Positions 9,013-18,727 are shown, numbered from the stretch's first letter. The stretch: 64,000 nucleotides of DNA from Chloroflexota bacterium (GCA_021779955.1 JAJXZS010000019.1:8476-72475); one strand, 5' to 3'. Translations and numbers: made by a program. The notes: generated from the letters alone by a model not told the origin.

Positions 9013-11496
9013 GTGATGAATATGGGCACACAGAATTCCAACTACTTCCTCGGCAGAATATTCGATCCCAAAGCAGGGGCATTGACATCTGAGCCATTGA
9101 TGCTCGACCCGGCCAACCTGGTCACCCATGCCGTGGTCACAGGCATGACCGGCTCGGGGAAGACAGGGCTGTGCATCGGATTGCTCGAAGAAGCTGCGCT
9201 GCATGGCACGCCTGCGATCATCATCGACCCCAAAGGGGATCTAACCAACCTGCTGCTGCACTTCCCGTCCTTGCAACCCTCAGATTTCGAGCCATGGATA
9301 GACCCGGAAGCTGCCAGGATGCAGGGCAAACCGGTCCCCCAGATGGCACAGGAGACTGCGGAGAAGTGGCGTAAAGGCCTCGCGGATTGGGGACTTGGCC
9401 CAGATCAGATCAAGGAACTGGCTGAATCTGCCGAATTTCAGATCTATACTCCAGGTTCGACCTCAGGCACCCCCGTGAATATCCTCTCGTCATTCGCCGC
9501 CCCGACTATTCCGTGGGAGGAAAACAGCGAAGTACTGCGCGAACGCATCACCAGCACGGTGACGGCGCTCCTGGGATTGATCGGGCTGACGGACATTGAC
9601 CCCTTGCGCTCGCGCGAACACATCCTCCTCTCCAATCTGCTAGAGACCGCGTGGATAAACAGCAAGTCCCTCACCCTGACCGACCTGATCCTTCAAGTCC
9701 AGAATCCTCCCATGGCGAATCTTGGCGCCTTTCCCATGGAGAACTTTTATCCCGAGAAGGAGCGATTCGAACTCGCTTTAATGCTGAACAACTTCCTGGC
9801 TTCGCCATCCTTTCAAGTATGGCAGCAAGGCCAAACACTCGATATAGGTCAGATTCTGATGGCGAAATCGGGCAAACCGCGCCATGCGATCTTCTACATC
9901 GCCCATTTGAGCGAAACCGAGCGGATGTTTTTCGTAACGCTGCTCTTCGCCGCCGTCGAAACCTGGATGCGCGGCCAGCAAGGCACAGGCAATTTGCGCG
10001 CATTGCTCTATTTCGATGAGATTGTGGGCTATCTGCCTCCAGTTGCCAACCCGCCAAGCAAGACGATCATGATGCGCATGCTCAAACAAGCTCGCGCCTT
10101 TGGAGTAGGCCTATTATTGGCAACTCAGAACCCGGTCGATGTGGACTACAAAGCACTCTCGAACGCCGGAACATGGATGATCGGCCGCCTGCAGACGGAA
10201 CAGGACAAGCAGCGCTTGCTGGATGGCCTATCCTCCGCCGGCGGCACAACCGACCTGCCTGCCATCGACAAGATGATCTCTGGACTCGGGAAGCGCGTCT
10301 TCCTGTTGCACAGCATCTATAAGCCAGGCCCTGTCTTGTTCGGCACGCGCTGGACAATGAACTATCTGGCCGGACCCCTGATGCGCACCCAAATCCCTGC
10401 GCTGATGAAATTGAGCGGTGCGGTGATGCCGTCAGTTTCAGCGCAACCTGGTGCAGAGGGCGCCGTCACTGCTGCACCATCAGTAACCGCAAAAACCGGT
10501 TATTCGGGCATCAGCGACAGCCGGCCGGCGATTCCAGGCACGATCAACGAGTTCTTTATGGCCAATAACCTGGGTGTGGCTGAAGCCGCATCAAGAGCAA
10601 ATGTCAGCGGTACACCGCAAGCGGCTGGAGTAGTTTACAGGGCTGCGTTACTCGCCCAGGCGGAAGTGCGTTACGTGTCCCGCCAGTACAACCTCGATTA
10701 TGCGCGCAAGGTATCGGCAATTGTCGATGATCCAGGTTTGGGTTTGACCAAATGGGAGAACTTTGCCGGACCTGAGATCACGGCTCAGAATTTGCAGAGC
10801 CAACCCCAGCCCAACTCGCGTTTTCACCTCGTTCCCGATTTTCTGAGCCAGGAGAAAAAGCCCGCCGAAATGCAGAAGGATTTCGTCGAATGGCTGTTCC
10901 GCACGGGGACGATCAAGGTGAAATCGAACCCGGTTCTCAAAGTGTTTGCGGGGCCTGAAGTTACGGATGAGCAGTTCAAGACGCAAAACGAAGCAGCCAG
11001 CGATCAACTCAAGCAGGTTGAATTGGAAAAGGTGAATCAAAAATACGAAAGCAAGATCCAGGCGCTCGAACGGAAGATTGCCGGCCAGGACATGGACGTC
11101 ACAAATGCGGAGAAGAAGGTGAGCAATCGCACGCTCGAAAGCCTGGCGACCGGCGGATCGGCGCTGCTTGGCATGCTCTCCGGCCGCAAACGCAGCCTTT
11201 CGTCATCCATCACCAAAGTCCGCATGACTTCGGAAGCTAAAGATAAGCTGAATGCGGAAAAACAAGATCTCGAGCAATTGAAGGCACAACTCGAACAGCT
11301 CAAGAAGCAGGCTTCTTCCGAGGCTGCCGATGTCAACGAAAAGTGGACGTGCACCCTCGACGAAGTCAAGGAAATCCCTGTCAGCCCGGTGAAAAGCAAC
11401 ATCTTCATGGATATCTTTGGCGTTGTCTGGCTGCCGTATTACGCTGTGACTGTCAATGGGCAGCCAGTGGAGATACCAGCATACAAGCGAAGCTGA
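9013..11496 (+). CDS. HerA/FtsK-superfamily ATPase (DUF87/DUF853, YjgR-like) with a long C-terminal coiled-coil region
   Basis: Walker A GMTGSGKTG, IIDPKGD, LLYFDEI, ATQNPVD. C-terminal 300 aa is rich in heptad-like K/E/Q/L. ATG at 9022, after AAGGTG, is the likelier start. Confidence 0.7.
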   Translation: MMNMGTQNSNYFLGRIFDPKAGALTSEPLMLDPANLVTHAVVTGMTGSGKTGLCIGLLEEAALHGTPAIIIDPKGDLTNLLLHFPSLQPSDFEPWIDPEAARMQGKPVPQMAQETAEKWRKGLADWGLGPDQIKELAESAEFQIYTPGSTSGTPVNILSSFAAPTIPWEENSEVLRERITSTVTALLGLIGLTDIDPLRSREHILLSNLLETAWINSKSLTLTDLILQVQNPPMANLGAFPMENFYPEKERFELALMLNNFLASPSFQVWQQGQTLDIGQILMAKSGKPRHAIFYIAHLSETERMFFVTLLFAAVETWMRGQQGTGNLRALLYFDEIVGYLPPVANPPSKTIMMRMLKQARAFGVGLLLATQNPVDVDYKALSNAGTWMIGRLQTEQDKQRLLDGLSSAGGTTDLPAIDKMISGLGKRVFLLHSIYKPGPVLFGTRWTMNYLAGPLMRTQIPALMKLSGAVMPSVSAQPGAEGAVTAAPSVTAKTGYSGISDSRPAIPGTINEFFMANNLGVAEAASRANVSGTPQAAGVVYRAALLAQAEVRYVSRQYNLDYARKVSAIVDDPGLGLTKWENFAGPEITAQNLQSQPQPNSRFHLVPDFLSQEKKPAEMQKDFVEWLFRTGTIKVKSNPVLKVFAGPEVTDEQFKTQNEAASDQLKQVELEKVNQKYESKIQALERKIAGQDMDVTNAEKKVSNRTLESLATGGSALLGMLSGRKRSLSSSITKVRMTSEAKDKLNAEKQDLEQLKAQLEQLKKQASSEAADVNEKWTCTLDEVKEIPVSPVKSNIFMDIFGVVWLPYYAVTVNGQPVEIPAYKRS

Positions 11497-11514
11497 AAGT
11501 AGATCTCAAAATGA

Positions 11515-11547
11515 AGCGCCTGTCATAATCAACAGACGCTTTGTTTT
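11515..11547 (+). terminator. intrinsic terminator after the ATPase gene
   Basis: AGCGCCTGT / ACAGACGCT stem (8 of 9 bp) followed by TTGTTTT. Confidence 0.55.
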
Positions 11548-11563
11548 GCCGCGCAATGTTCAT

Positions 11564-12493
11564 TCATGGAGCCGCTTGAGGCCGGCAATGGTACGCGATG
11601 CCAATTATCCCTGGACCTGTATGCGCGACCATGACCGGCGTAAAGTCTGTGATGAAGACTTCATCGGGGTGAAGCTCGTCGACAGCCATCTGCCTGAGTT
11701 GCTCTGCCCACTCTGGCGTGTCAGCATGCATGATAGCCACCGATAGGATGCTCGAGGTACCTGCGTGTTCCTTGACATAGCGGATCATCTCGGTCATCAT
11801 CTTCGCATGCCCGAATACCTTGGCTACAGGGATCACTTCGCCATCGTCGTTCAGCGTCACCAGAGGGACGACCTTGATCGCGTCGCTGAGCAGGTAGGCT
11901 GCTTTGCCGATGCGCCCTCCCCGCGCCAGGTACTCCAGCGTTTCGAACCCGGCAATGAAGCCGACGTTTTTGCGTTCCTCCGAAATGTGCTGCACAATTT
12001 CTTCGACACCTGCGCCCTCGTCTGCCATGCGGGCAGCATCAAGGGCAAGGAAACCCTGGGCGATTGTCGCCATATGACTGTCAAATATGGTAATCTGGAC
12101 CGCACCAAAGTCGGTGTAGATCATTCGAGAGGCGGCTGTAGCGCTGTTGACCGCTCCACTTAAGTTACCTGAGACGCCAATATAGAGAATTCGCCTGGCT
12201 CCCTCCTCGCGGCAATCACCGAAAGTCTTGCAGAACAGACCTACCGATGGAGCGGTTGTCATCAGGCGAACGTCCTTCTCAACGCGCATGCGTTTGTACA
12301 ATTCATCGACGCTGAGGTCGACTCCGTCTGTATAAGTCTTTTCGGCTACTGTGACACGATATGGGATGACATGAATGCCATACTTTTTTACGAGCGCGGC
12401 CGGGATTTGTGCGATGCTGTCGGTAACAATGGCAACTTTTTCGTGTATACCTGCGTGCCATGTTTCAGGGGAAGCGGATGAACCAAGACTCAT
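11564..12493 (-). CDS. DegV-family fatty-acid-binding protein (FakB-like)
   Basis: VAIVTDSIAQIP N-terminal signature and DegV-like sequence throughout. Confidence 0.85.
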   Translation of the reverse strand: MSLGSSASPETWHAGIHEKVAIVTDSIAQIPAALVKKYGIHVIPYRVTVAEKTYTDGVDLSVDELYKRMRVEKDVRLMTTAPSVGLFCKTFGDCREEGARRILYIGVSGNLSGAVNSATAASRMIYTDFGAVQITIFDSHMATIAQGFLALDAARMADEGAGVEEIVQHISEERKNVGFIAGFETLEYLARGGRIGKAAYLLSDAIKVVPLVTLNDDGEVIPVAKVFGHAKMMTEMIRYVKEHAGTSSILSVAIMHADTPEWAEQLRQMAVDELHPDEVFITDFTPVMVAHTGPGIIGIAYHCRPQAAP

Positions 12494-12743
12494 AAGAACC
12501 TCCCTTGTGTTTGTGGAGCACCTCTACGCACATGATACAGGTAATGCAATCGCTTTTTCAATCATCAATCGAGCAGGATGTGGATCGACCGGCGGTATGG
12601 GATGAACCTTCCATTTCTTGGCGAAGACGATGACAGGCAAGAGCGTTCAGGATGAAAAATAGACACCCCCAGATGTTCCCAAGCGGGCAAAACTTGCTAA
12701 TATAGATGTATCTGTGTTCAGCTTATTCGTGAAGGAAGAGGAT

Positions 12744-13403
12744 ATGGGTGTTGCCGGTCCTTTGCTGCTGATCCTTCTCGCTTATCTGAGCGGCTCGATT
12801 CCGACCGCTTACCTGGCAGGCAAATGGTTAAAAGGCATCGATATCCGCCATTACGGCAGCGGGACTGTCAGCGGATCGATGGTCTACGAGCACGTGCACC
12901 GCTGGACCGTCGTCCCCGTGGGCATATTCGATATCGCAAAGGCAGCCGTGCCAACCTACCTGGCAATCCGATTCGGCTTTGGCGAAAACTGGGCTGCTGG
13001 CGTTGGCATCGCAGCGATCGTTGGACACAATTGGCCTGTGTTTCTTAAATTCACCGGTGGAAGAGGGATTTCGCCATTCTTAGGAGTGCTGCTTGTGCTT
13101 TTCCCGTGGGCTGACCTGTGGTTGCTGGCGTTCCTGGCAACCGGCTTTCTGCTCGGCGATTCAGCGCCATTCACGCTGGCAGGGATTGCCACGATTTCTC
13201 CCCTCGACTACTGGCTCGGAGGCCCCATAGCCATTCACTGGGTTGTAGCCGTGATGCTGATCATCACCGCGGTCAAACGAGTGGAAGCCAACCGCCGTCC
13301 ATGGCCGGATTCCTGGCAGGAGCGCTTCAAAATATTCTGGATGCGCCTAGTTTTTGACCGCGATATCTGGCAGCATGGTCAATGGATTCACCGCAGTCTT
13401 TAG
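12744..13403 (+). CDS. plsY: glycerol-3-phosphate acyltransferase PlsY
   Basis: AYLSGSIPTAYL, GSGTVSGS and GHNWPVFLKFTGGRGIS motifs. ATG at 12744 follows AGGAAGAGG. The ORF track starts at 12714. Confidence 0.85.
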   Translation: MGVAGPLLLILLAYLSGSIPTAYLAGKWLKGIDIRHYGSGTVSGSMVYEHVHRWTVVPVGIFDIAKAAVPTYLAIRFGFGENWAAGVGIAAIVGHNWPVFLKFTGGRGISPFLGVLLVLFPWADLWLLAFLATGFLLGDSAPFTLAGIATISPLDYWLGGPIAIHWVVAVMLIITAVKRVEANRRPWPDSWQERFKIFWMRLVFDRDIWQHGQWIHRSL

Positions 13404-14294
13404 GGCGCCTGCCGGCATATCTCTCAGATTTTCATCGAAAATCTGGATCAGGCTTGGCATCAGGTCGTCAAGGCCAGGCGAGCGCACCTCAGCATGAGTG
13501 GCTCCGGGTATCCAGATCATCTGCTTGGGATCGCCCGCAGCGTTGTAGAGCTCGATTGCCTGCTGCCTGTTAATCCGCTTATCCTTCGTCCCATTGATAA
13601 ACAGGATCGGCCTGGGAGCTATCTGCGCGATCACATCCAAGGGACGCACCTCCGACCGCGAGAAGCTCTTGCGCAATTCCGAAATCTTCATTCCAAGCGA
13701 ATAGACTTCCGTCGGGATGACCGATGGACGGTTTTCATCCCAAACGTCATCCAGCGTGGCAAAAGGCGCTGCAACGACAATCGCGTCCAGTTTGGGATTC
13801 CTCGCAGCGCTAAGGATGATCGAAACCGCGCCGGCCGAATGGCCGATTGCTCCGATCTTCTGCAAACCGCGCGTCTCGGAGAGGTAGCGCACAGCAGCGT
13901 CGACATCGACGCTTTCACGCGCTCCGTATGAGAACATGAAGCGGTTGCCGTCGCTATTGCCTGTTCCGCGGTAGCTGAACAGCAAAACCTGGTAGCCGGC
14001 ATTGTGCAGCGGTTCCACCAGCGAGATACCCTGGCGCTGATCTTTCGCGGTTGCCGGTGCATAGAGAATGACCGGGTTGGACGCGTTATCGGTGGGAAAG
14101 AACCACCCGCGCAGCGTCAACCCGTCTGTGGTTGGGAACGCTACATTTTCATATTTCAGATTAGTATATTGGCCGGGATAGTCCATCCACAGCGGTGAAG
14201 TCGTGGCGATCAGTTCGCCAACCATTGGGCTTGCTACCATCAAAAGTGAAAAACCTGTGAGAATACCAGTAAATGCAAAAAGGTTACCTACCAC
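13347..14294 (-). CDS. alpha/beta hydrolase with N-terminal TM/signal segment
   Basis: GHSAGA nucleophile elbow and DLH/peptidase S9-like layout. Its 3' end overlaps plsY convergently by 57 nt. Confidence 0.7.
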   Translation of the reverse strand: MVGNLFAFTGILTGFSLLMVASPMVGELIATTSPLWMDYPGQYTNLKYENVAFPTTDGLTLRGWFFPTDNASNPVILYAPATAKDQRQGISLVEPLHNAGYQVLLFSYRGTGNSDGNRFMFSYGARESVDVDAAVRYLSETRGLQKIGAIGHSAGAVSIILSAARNPKLDAIVVAAPFATLDDVWDENRPSVIPTEVYSLGMKISELRKSFSRSEVRPLDVIAQIAPRPILFINGTKDKRINRQQAIELYNAAGDPKQMIWIPGATHAEVRSPGLDDLMPSLIQIFDENLRDMPAGALKTAVNPLTMLPDIAVKN

Positions 14295-14605
14295 TATACG
14301 AGTGCTCCATCATGATGTACTCCAACCTCGGGCAAACAAATTCCCTCGGTCAGGTCTCCGGTATGCTAAAAACGGAGTCGAACTTTTTGGTTTTTGTGTT
14401 TTCTATTGACTCTGTCTGGGATCTTGCTTGAAGAGTGTCAATAATGAAACGTCTTACGCGATTTGAAGTTTACACCCGCTACTCAAAGTGTAAAGATATG
14501 CTCAGGAAACTATTAACTGATTCTTATTTTCCGATCAGGAATAAAGTGCTGCCAAACGGCAGGGATTGGCAGCAATCATTGCGTCAACAAGATAGATTTG
14601 AACTG

Positions 14606-15214
14606 CTAGCTCATATCCTGACGGCCGGACAACGCGCGCAGCAGCGTGTTCGGGTCGGCATATTCAAGATCGCCGCCCATGGGCAACCCACGCGCCAGGC
14701 GAGTAACCCTCACACCCAACGGCAGCAACTGCTGGCGTAAGTACAACGCTGTGGCGTCTCCCTCCATACTCGGGTTCGTCGCGAGGATGATTTCCTTCGC
14801 CTCCCCACTCTTCACCCTTTCGATGAGAGGACGGATGCGCAAATCGTCGGGCCCGATGCCCTCGATGGGCGAGAGCACACCCTGGAGCACATGATAGCGC
14901 CCTGTAAAACCGCCGGTGCGCTCCATGGCAAGCACATCCATGGCATCTTCGACCACGCAGATCGTGCCGTCAGCACGTTTCGGATCCGCGCACACATCGC
15001 ATAGATCCTGCCCTGCAAGCGTGATATTGTAGCAAATCTTGCACACGCCTGTGCCCGCCTTCAAGTCTGCCAGCGAAGTGGAAAGCTGCTCCAAAAGATC
15101 ATCAGGCGCCTTGAGTAAAAAGAACGCCAGGCGCGAAGCGGTCTTCGGCCCGATGCCAGGGAGCCTTTCGAGCGCCGAAACGAGATTTTGAATTGGAGCA
15201 GGAATCAGCGGCAT
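14606..15214 (-). CDS. recR: recombination protein RecR
   Basis: LPGIGPKTASRLAFFLL helix-hairpin-helix, C4 zinc finger (CKICYN...CDVC) and Toprim domain. Confidence 0.95.
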   Translation of the reverse strand: MPLIPAPIQNLVSALERLPGIGPKTASRLAFFLLKAPDDLLEQLSTSLADLKAGTGVCKICYNITLAGQDLCDVCADPKRADGTICVVEDAMDVLAMERTGGFTGRYHVLQGVLSPIEGIGPDDLRIRPLIERVKSGEAKEIILATNPSMEGDATALYLRQQLLPLGVRVTRLARGLPMGGDLEYADPNTLLRALSGRQDMS

Positions 15215-15232
15215 AAACTCGCCTTGATGAAC

Positions 15233-15577
15233 TTAGAATCCCAAACCCGGAATGCCGCCAGCAAGCGGTCCCATCTTCTGCTCGGCGAGCTTGCGCGAAT
15301 CGTCGAGAGCCAGGTTGACAGCGCTGAGCAGAAGATCCTGGAGCATTTCGGCATCGGCATCCTTGAGCAGATCAGGGTCGATTTCAACAGACCGGCAGTG
15401 CTGATCGCCGGTCATCGTCACTTTAACGGCGCCGCCCCCAACGCTCGAGGTGACGGTTTCGTCAGCCAGTTCTGCTTGAGCCTTTTCCATCTGCTCCTGA
15501 AGTTTCTTGATTTGCGACATCATGCCGCCACCGCCGCCCCCTCCCCCGCCGGCAGGTCGACCATATCCTTTTGCCAT
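15233..15577 (-). CDS. ybaB: YbaB/EbfC nucleoid-associated protein
   Basis: Conserved position between dnaX and recR. MSQIKKLQEQMEKAQAEL...GGGAVKVTMTGDQ is typical of the family. Unusual poly-Gly N-terminus. Confidence 0.9.
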   Translation of the reverse strand: MAKGYGRPAGGGGGGGGGMMSQIKKLQEQMEKAQAELADETVTSSVGGGAVKVTMTGDQHCRSVEIDPDLLKDADAEMLQDLLLSAVNLALDDSRKLAEQKMGPLAGGIPGLGF

Positions 15578-15607
15578 GATTGATCTCCTAATTGATTAAT
15601 GCCACCG

Positions 15608-17227
15608 CTATTCGCGATGGACGAGTTTTCCACCAAGGTTGATCGCCGCGCCGACGATGCCGTCATTATCGATGTCCAGGTTCGCCGGGTCGGCATTGCC
15701 CTTCGCATTGACCACCACGCAGCGAATCTGCAGATCAACGCCAGTAACTTCCCTGACTGCCTTGCGAGCAATGGCGACGTACTCATCTGACTCCATCTTC
15801 GATTTGAGCAGTTCGCTGGCAAAACCGAGGATGAGCACACCGTCTTTCACCTGGATCAGACGCTGGGAATTGAGGAGCGCGCCCACCTGCGAACGGGATT
15901 CGCGTTTGACTTCTGCCAGGATTGCGGGCCAGTTGGCGAGGATCAGTTGCGCACTTGCGGCCTGCGTGGAGGCGTTAGCCGGTTGCGCAACCGCTTCTTC
16001 AGATTTATGGGATGCGGCCTTGGCAGGTTTCGCAGGCGATTCCGCCTCTGGAACGGCGCGCATGGCTTTGATGCGAGCTTCCGGTGTCGCGGTGGGCGCC
16101 GTCTTTTGCGCGGCTTGTTCCGCTTGACTCTCCGGCTGGGCAGGTTCTTCCGCGGGTTGGATCGATTGCGCAAAAGCAAGTTCGAGCGCCAACCCGGGCT
16201 GCCAGCTTGTACGCAAGTCGTTGATGGCGTTGTTGAAGAGCTGAATCCAGTGAATCAGATCAGCGTTGCTGACTTCAGCCGCATTCGACTTCATGGTCTC
16301 TTTGGTTTCAGTCGTCGCATCCACCTTCTTCTCGTTGCCCATCTTGATCAGCAAAAGGCTGCGCAGAAATTCCACCGTCTGGCGGGCAAACTGCCTGGGG
16401 TCAGAACCGCTGTCCAGGGCTGCGTGGATCGTCTCAAGCCCTGCGGTGGTATCCTGCTTGCGGATGGCAATCACCAGGTCGATGACGAGTTGGTTGGTGG
16501 CAGTGCCGAGGACCGTCTGAGCCAGTTCGAGCGTAATGCGCGAACCTGTCGAAGCAAGCTGGTCAAGTAAGGAAATTGCATCGCGCATGGCGCCCGTTGC
16601 CTGCCGCGCGATCAAAATCAGCGCCTCGTCGTCGTACAGGATGTTTTCGGCTTTTGCCAGTTCTTCCAGCGTTTTGACAATCTCCATGACGGGGATGCGC
16701 CGGAATTCATGTCTCTGGCAGCGCGAGAGAACTGTCGCAGGGATCTTGTGAACTTCAGTGGTTGCCAGGATGAAGATGGCATGCGCGGGCGGCTCTTCAA
16801 GCGTTTTCAGCAGCGCATTGAAAGCTGCCGTCGAAAGCATGTGAACTTCGTCGATGATGTAGACCTTGAACCTCCCAACAGAGGGTGAGAAATTGATCTT
16901 GTCGCGCAGGTCGCGCACATCTTCGACGCTGGTGTTCGAAGCCGCGTCGATCTCGATCAAATCGAGGAAGCGACCTTCGTTGACCGCAACGCAATTGGCA
17001 CACACGTCGCAAGGGCGGTCAGCAAGGTCTGGCGAGAGGCAGTTGACCGCTTTCGCCAGCAGGCGCGCCGTTGTGGTCTTGCCAGTACCGCGCGGGCCTG
17101 AAAAAAGGTACGCGTGGCCAACCCGGTCGCTTGCGATGGCATTGCGCAGGGTCGTCACGATGTGATCCTGCCCTACCACCTTTTCCCATTTATGAGGACG
17201 CCATTTCCTGTAAAGTGCTTGACTCAT
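15608..17227 (-). CDS. dnaX: DNA polymerase III subunit gamma/tau
   Basis: YRKWRP, GPRGTGKTT Walker A, zinc module CDVCANC, SRCQ sensor motif. Confidence 0.95.
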   Translation of the reverse strand: MSQALYRKWRPHKWEKVVGQDHIVTTLRNAIASDRVGHAYLFSGPRGTGKTTTARLLAKAVNCLSPDLADRPCDVCANCVAVNEGRFLDLIEIDAASNTSVEDVRDLRDKINFSPSVGRFKVYIIDEVHMLSTAAFNALLKTLEEPPAHAIFILATTEVHKIPATVLSRCQRHEFRRIPVMEIVKTLEELAKAENILYDDEALILIARQATGAMRDAISLLDQLASTGSRITLELAQTVLGTATNQLVIDLVIAIRKQDTTAGLETIHAALDSGSDPRQFARQTVEFLRSLLLIKMGNEKKVDATTETKETMKSNAAEVSNADLIHWIQLFNNAINDLRTSWQPGLALELAFAQSIQPAEEPAQPESQAEQAAQKTAPTATPEARIKAMRAVPEAESPAKPAKAASHKSEEAVAQPANASTQAASAQLILANWPAILAEVKRESRSQVGALLNSQRLIQVKDGVLILGFASELLKSKMESDEYVAIARKAVREVTGVDLQIRCVVVNAKGNADPANLDIDNDGIVGAAINLGGKLVHRE

Positions 17228-17339
17228 GGTTTCATTCCATTCAAAGATGCTGCTTTTATCGCAGTATTCTGCGCAAATTGTAATCTAAAACGACCCCGAT
17301 GAAACGTTTTTTGAGATTAACCTTCATTCAGATTCGAGA

Positions 17340-17822
17340 TCAGGGGATGCTGAATTCCTGCCGTTTTTCTCCCGATGGATCGTACAAAAACACTTCATCT
17401 CCACTTTTCCAGAGAGGAGCCGCGGACGACCAGTATAGTTCGAGCGAAGTGTTGGTACCCGATTTGCTGAAGACCTGGAAGGCGCCGTTTGGAAAGACGG
17501 TGAATGCCGGAAAAGTGAAGCTGTCCCCTTTGGCATCGCGAAGGGTCCAGCCGGTCAGGTCGACGGGATTCTTACCCGTGTTCTTGAGCGTGACCACCTC
17601 GAATTCCAGGTCGCCCGCTCCGATGACAGTGAGAATCTCGATCTTGGAGTCGTTATATGATGCAGCGGCAGCGGTCGGCTGAGATGCGGAGGATACCGGA
17701 GTCAACGCGGTGAGAGGAGCTTTGGGCATGGGGTGGGCTGCCTGCCAGAGCACCAACACCAGGAGCATCGTGATCGCAGAGACGGCAACGTTCAGCAGTA
17801 GAAAGGGGAGTATGCGCTTCAT
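17340..17822 (-). CDS. lamin-tail-domain (LTD) protein with N-terminal membrane anchor
   Basis: LEFEVVTLKNTGKNPVDLTGWTLRDAKGDSFTFP matches the LTD pattern. N-terminal TM. Confidence 0.7.
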   Translation of the reverse strand: MKRILPFLLLNVAVSAITMLLVLVLWQAAHPMPKAPLTALTPVSSASQPTAAAASYNDSKIEILTVIGAGDLEFEVVTLKNTGKNPVDLTGWTLRDAKGDSFTFPAFTVFPNGAFQVFSKSGTNTSLELYWSSAAPLWKSGDEVFLYDPSGEKRQEFSIP

Positions 17823-17900
17823 GGATTCCTCATCGTCTGCTTAAAACTATAGCATAGAATGAAAGTACAATGAAACGCAGGCCGTCTCTATCCTATGCTT

Positions 17901-18020
17901 ATCATGGTGAACGAAGTGAAGCATCTTTGCTAAGCACGAGTGGACATAGATGCTTGTTGACGAGCAAAAGAGTAGAAATTGTCAGTCGAAGATCCTTCAC
18001 TGCGTTCAGGGTGACAAGAC
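17901..18020. repeat. inverted pair of REP-like elements (copies A' and A)
   Basis: 17901-17930 is the reverse-complement relative of 17988-18020, with 19 of 25 positions matching in my alignment. About 57 nt separate them. Confidence 0.55.
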
Positions 18021-18081
18021 TTTTTGAAATGTCGACGATTGTAAAGTGAACGACTCTGTCTTCCTTTAGAAAGCAATATTC

Positions 18082-18564
18082 ATGACCCTGATCATCGACG
18101 GTCACAACCTGATCCCCAAGATCCCAGGCATTTCGCTTGCGGACGAAAACGACGAGCAGCAGCTTCTCGCACTCATCAGCGAATACTGCCGGCTCACCCG
18201 CAACCACGCTGAGGTCTTTTTCGACGGCGCACCACCGCCCCAGCGATTGCCAGGCGGCGGAGGGCTGGTGCATGCGCATTACGTGCGCAAGGGGACGGCT
18301 GCAGACGACGCCATCATTGCATTTGTGGAAAAGAGCGGCAAGAACGCGAAGAATCAGACCGTCGTCAGCTCTGACAGGCACATCCAGGCGCAGGTGCGGG
18401 CGTTTGGCAGCGCAGTGGTCAGCTCTGAGACATTTGCAGCCAAGGTAATCCGCAAGTTCCGGGAATCCCCTGCCGCGAAAACCAAAGATGAACCCAGCTT
18501 GTCTGACGAAGAGGTCAACCGCTGGATGGAAATTTTCAGGGCGGGTCGGGGCCAAAATTCTTAG
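18082..18564 (+). CDS. NYN-domain protein, YacP/Rae1-like ribonuclease
   Basis: MTLIIDGHNLIP..., DDAI and VVSSD motifs typical of YacP-like NYN domains. Confidence 0.75.
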   Translation: MTLIIDGHNLIPKIPGISLADENDEQQLLALISEYCRLTRNHAEVFFDGAPPPQRLPGGGGLVHAHYVRKGTAADDAIIAFVEKSGKNAKNQTVVSSDRHIQAQVRAFGSAVVSSETFAAKVIRKFRESPAAKTKDEPSLSDEEVNRWMEIFRAGRGQNS

Positions 18565-18692
18565 GCAGGTTTAATTAAAATAGGACTATTTTGGTGTACT
18601 ATAACCCTAGACACGACATTTAGTGGTAGATAAGTGTCCGCACAAGAGCAAATTGGCAAACAACTTGCGAATGTGCTAGTTCCCTCCCTAGA

Positions 18693-18727
18693 GATTGACT
18701 GGCATACCCCCCCTATGCCGGTCAATC
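18693..18727. other. 14-bp stem-loop between convergent genes (possible bidirectional terminator)
   Basis: GATTGACTGGCATA, C7 loop, TATGCCGGTCAATC (one G-U pair). No clear U-tract on either strand. Confidence 0.4.

Noticed and set aside
14435-14740. 101-aa plus-strand ORF downstream of recR
   Set aside because: It overlaps the recR 3' end and its putative terminator hairpin, and has no RBS or family features.
15608-17227. Programmed frameshift or slippage site in dnaX (gamma/tau)
   Set aside because: I found no A AAA AAG-type heptamer or long A-run in the coding strand, so nothing supports it.
17228-17339. SRP RNA (ffs/scr) upstream of dnaX, as in B. subtilis
   Set aside because: The 112-nt interval lacks the conserved domain IV motifs (GGAA/AGCA symmetric loop context) and cannot form the long helix.
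17902-18555. 217-aa minus-strand ORF
   Set aside because: It is antisense to the NYN/YacP-like gene, which has recognisable motifs and an RBS. It has no family features and begins inside REP-like repeats.
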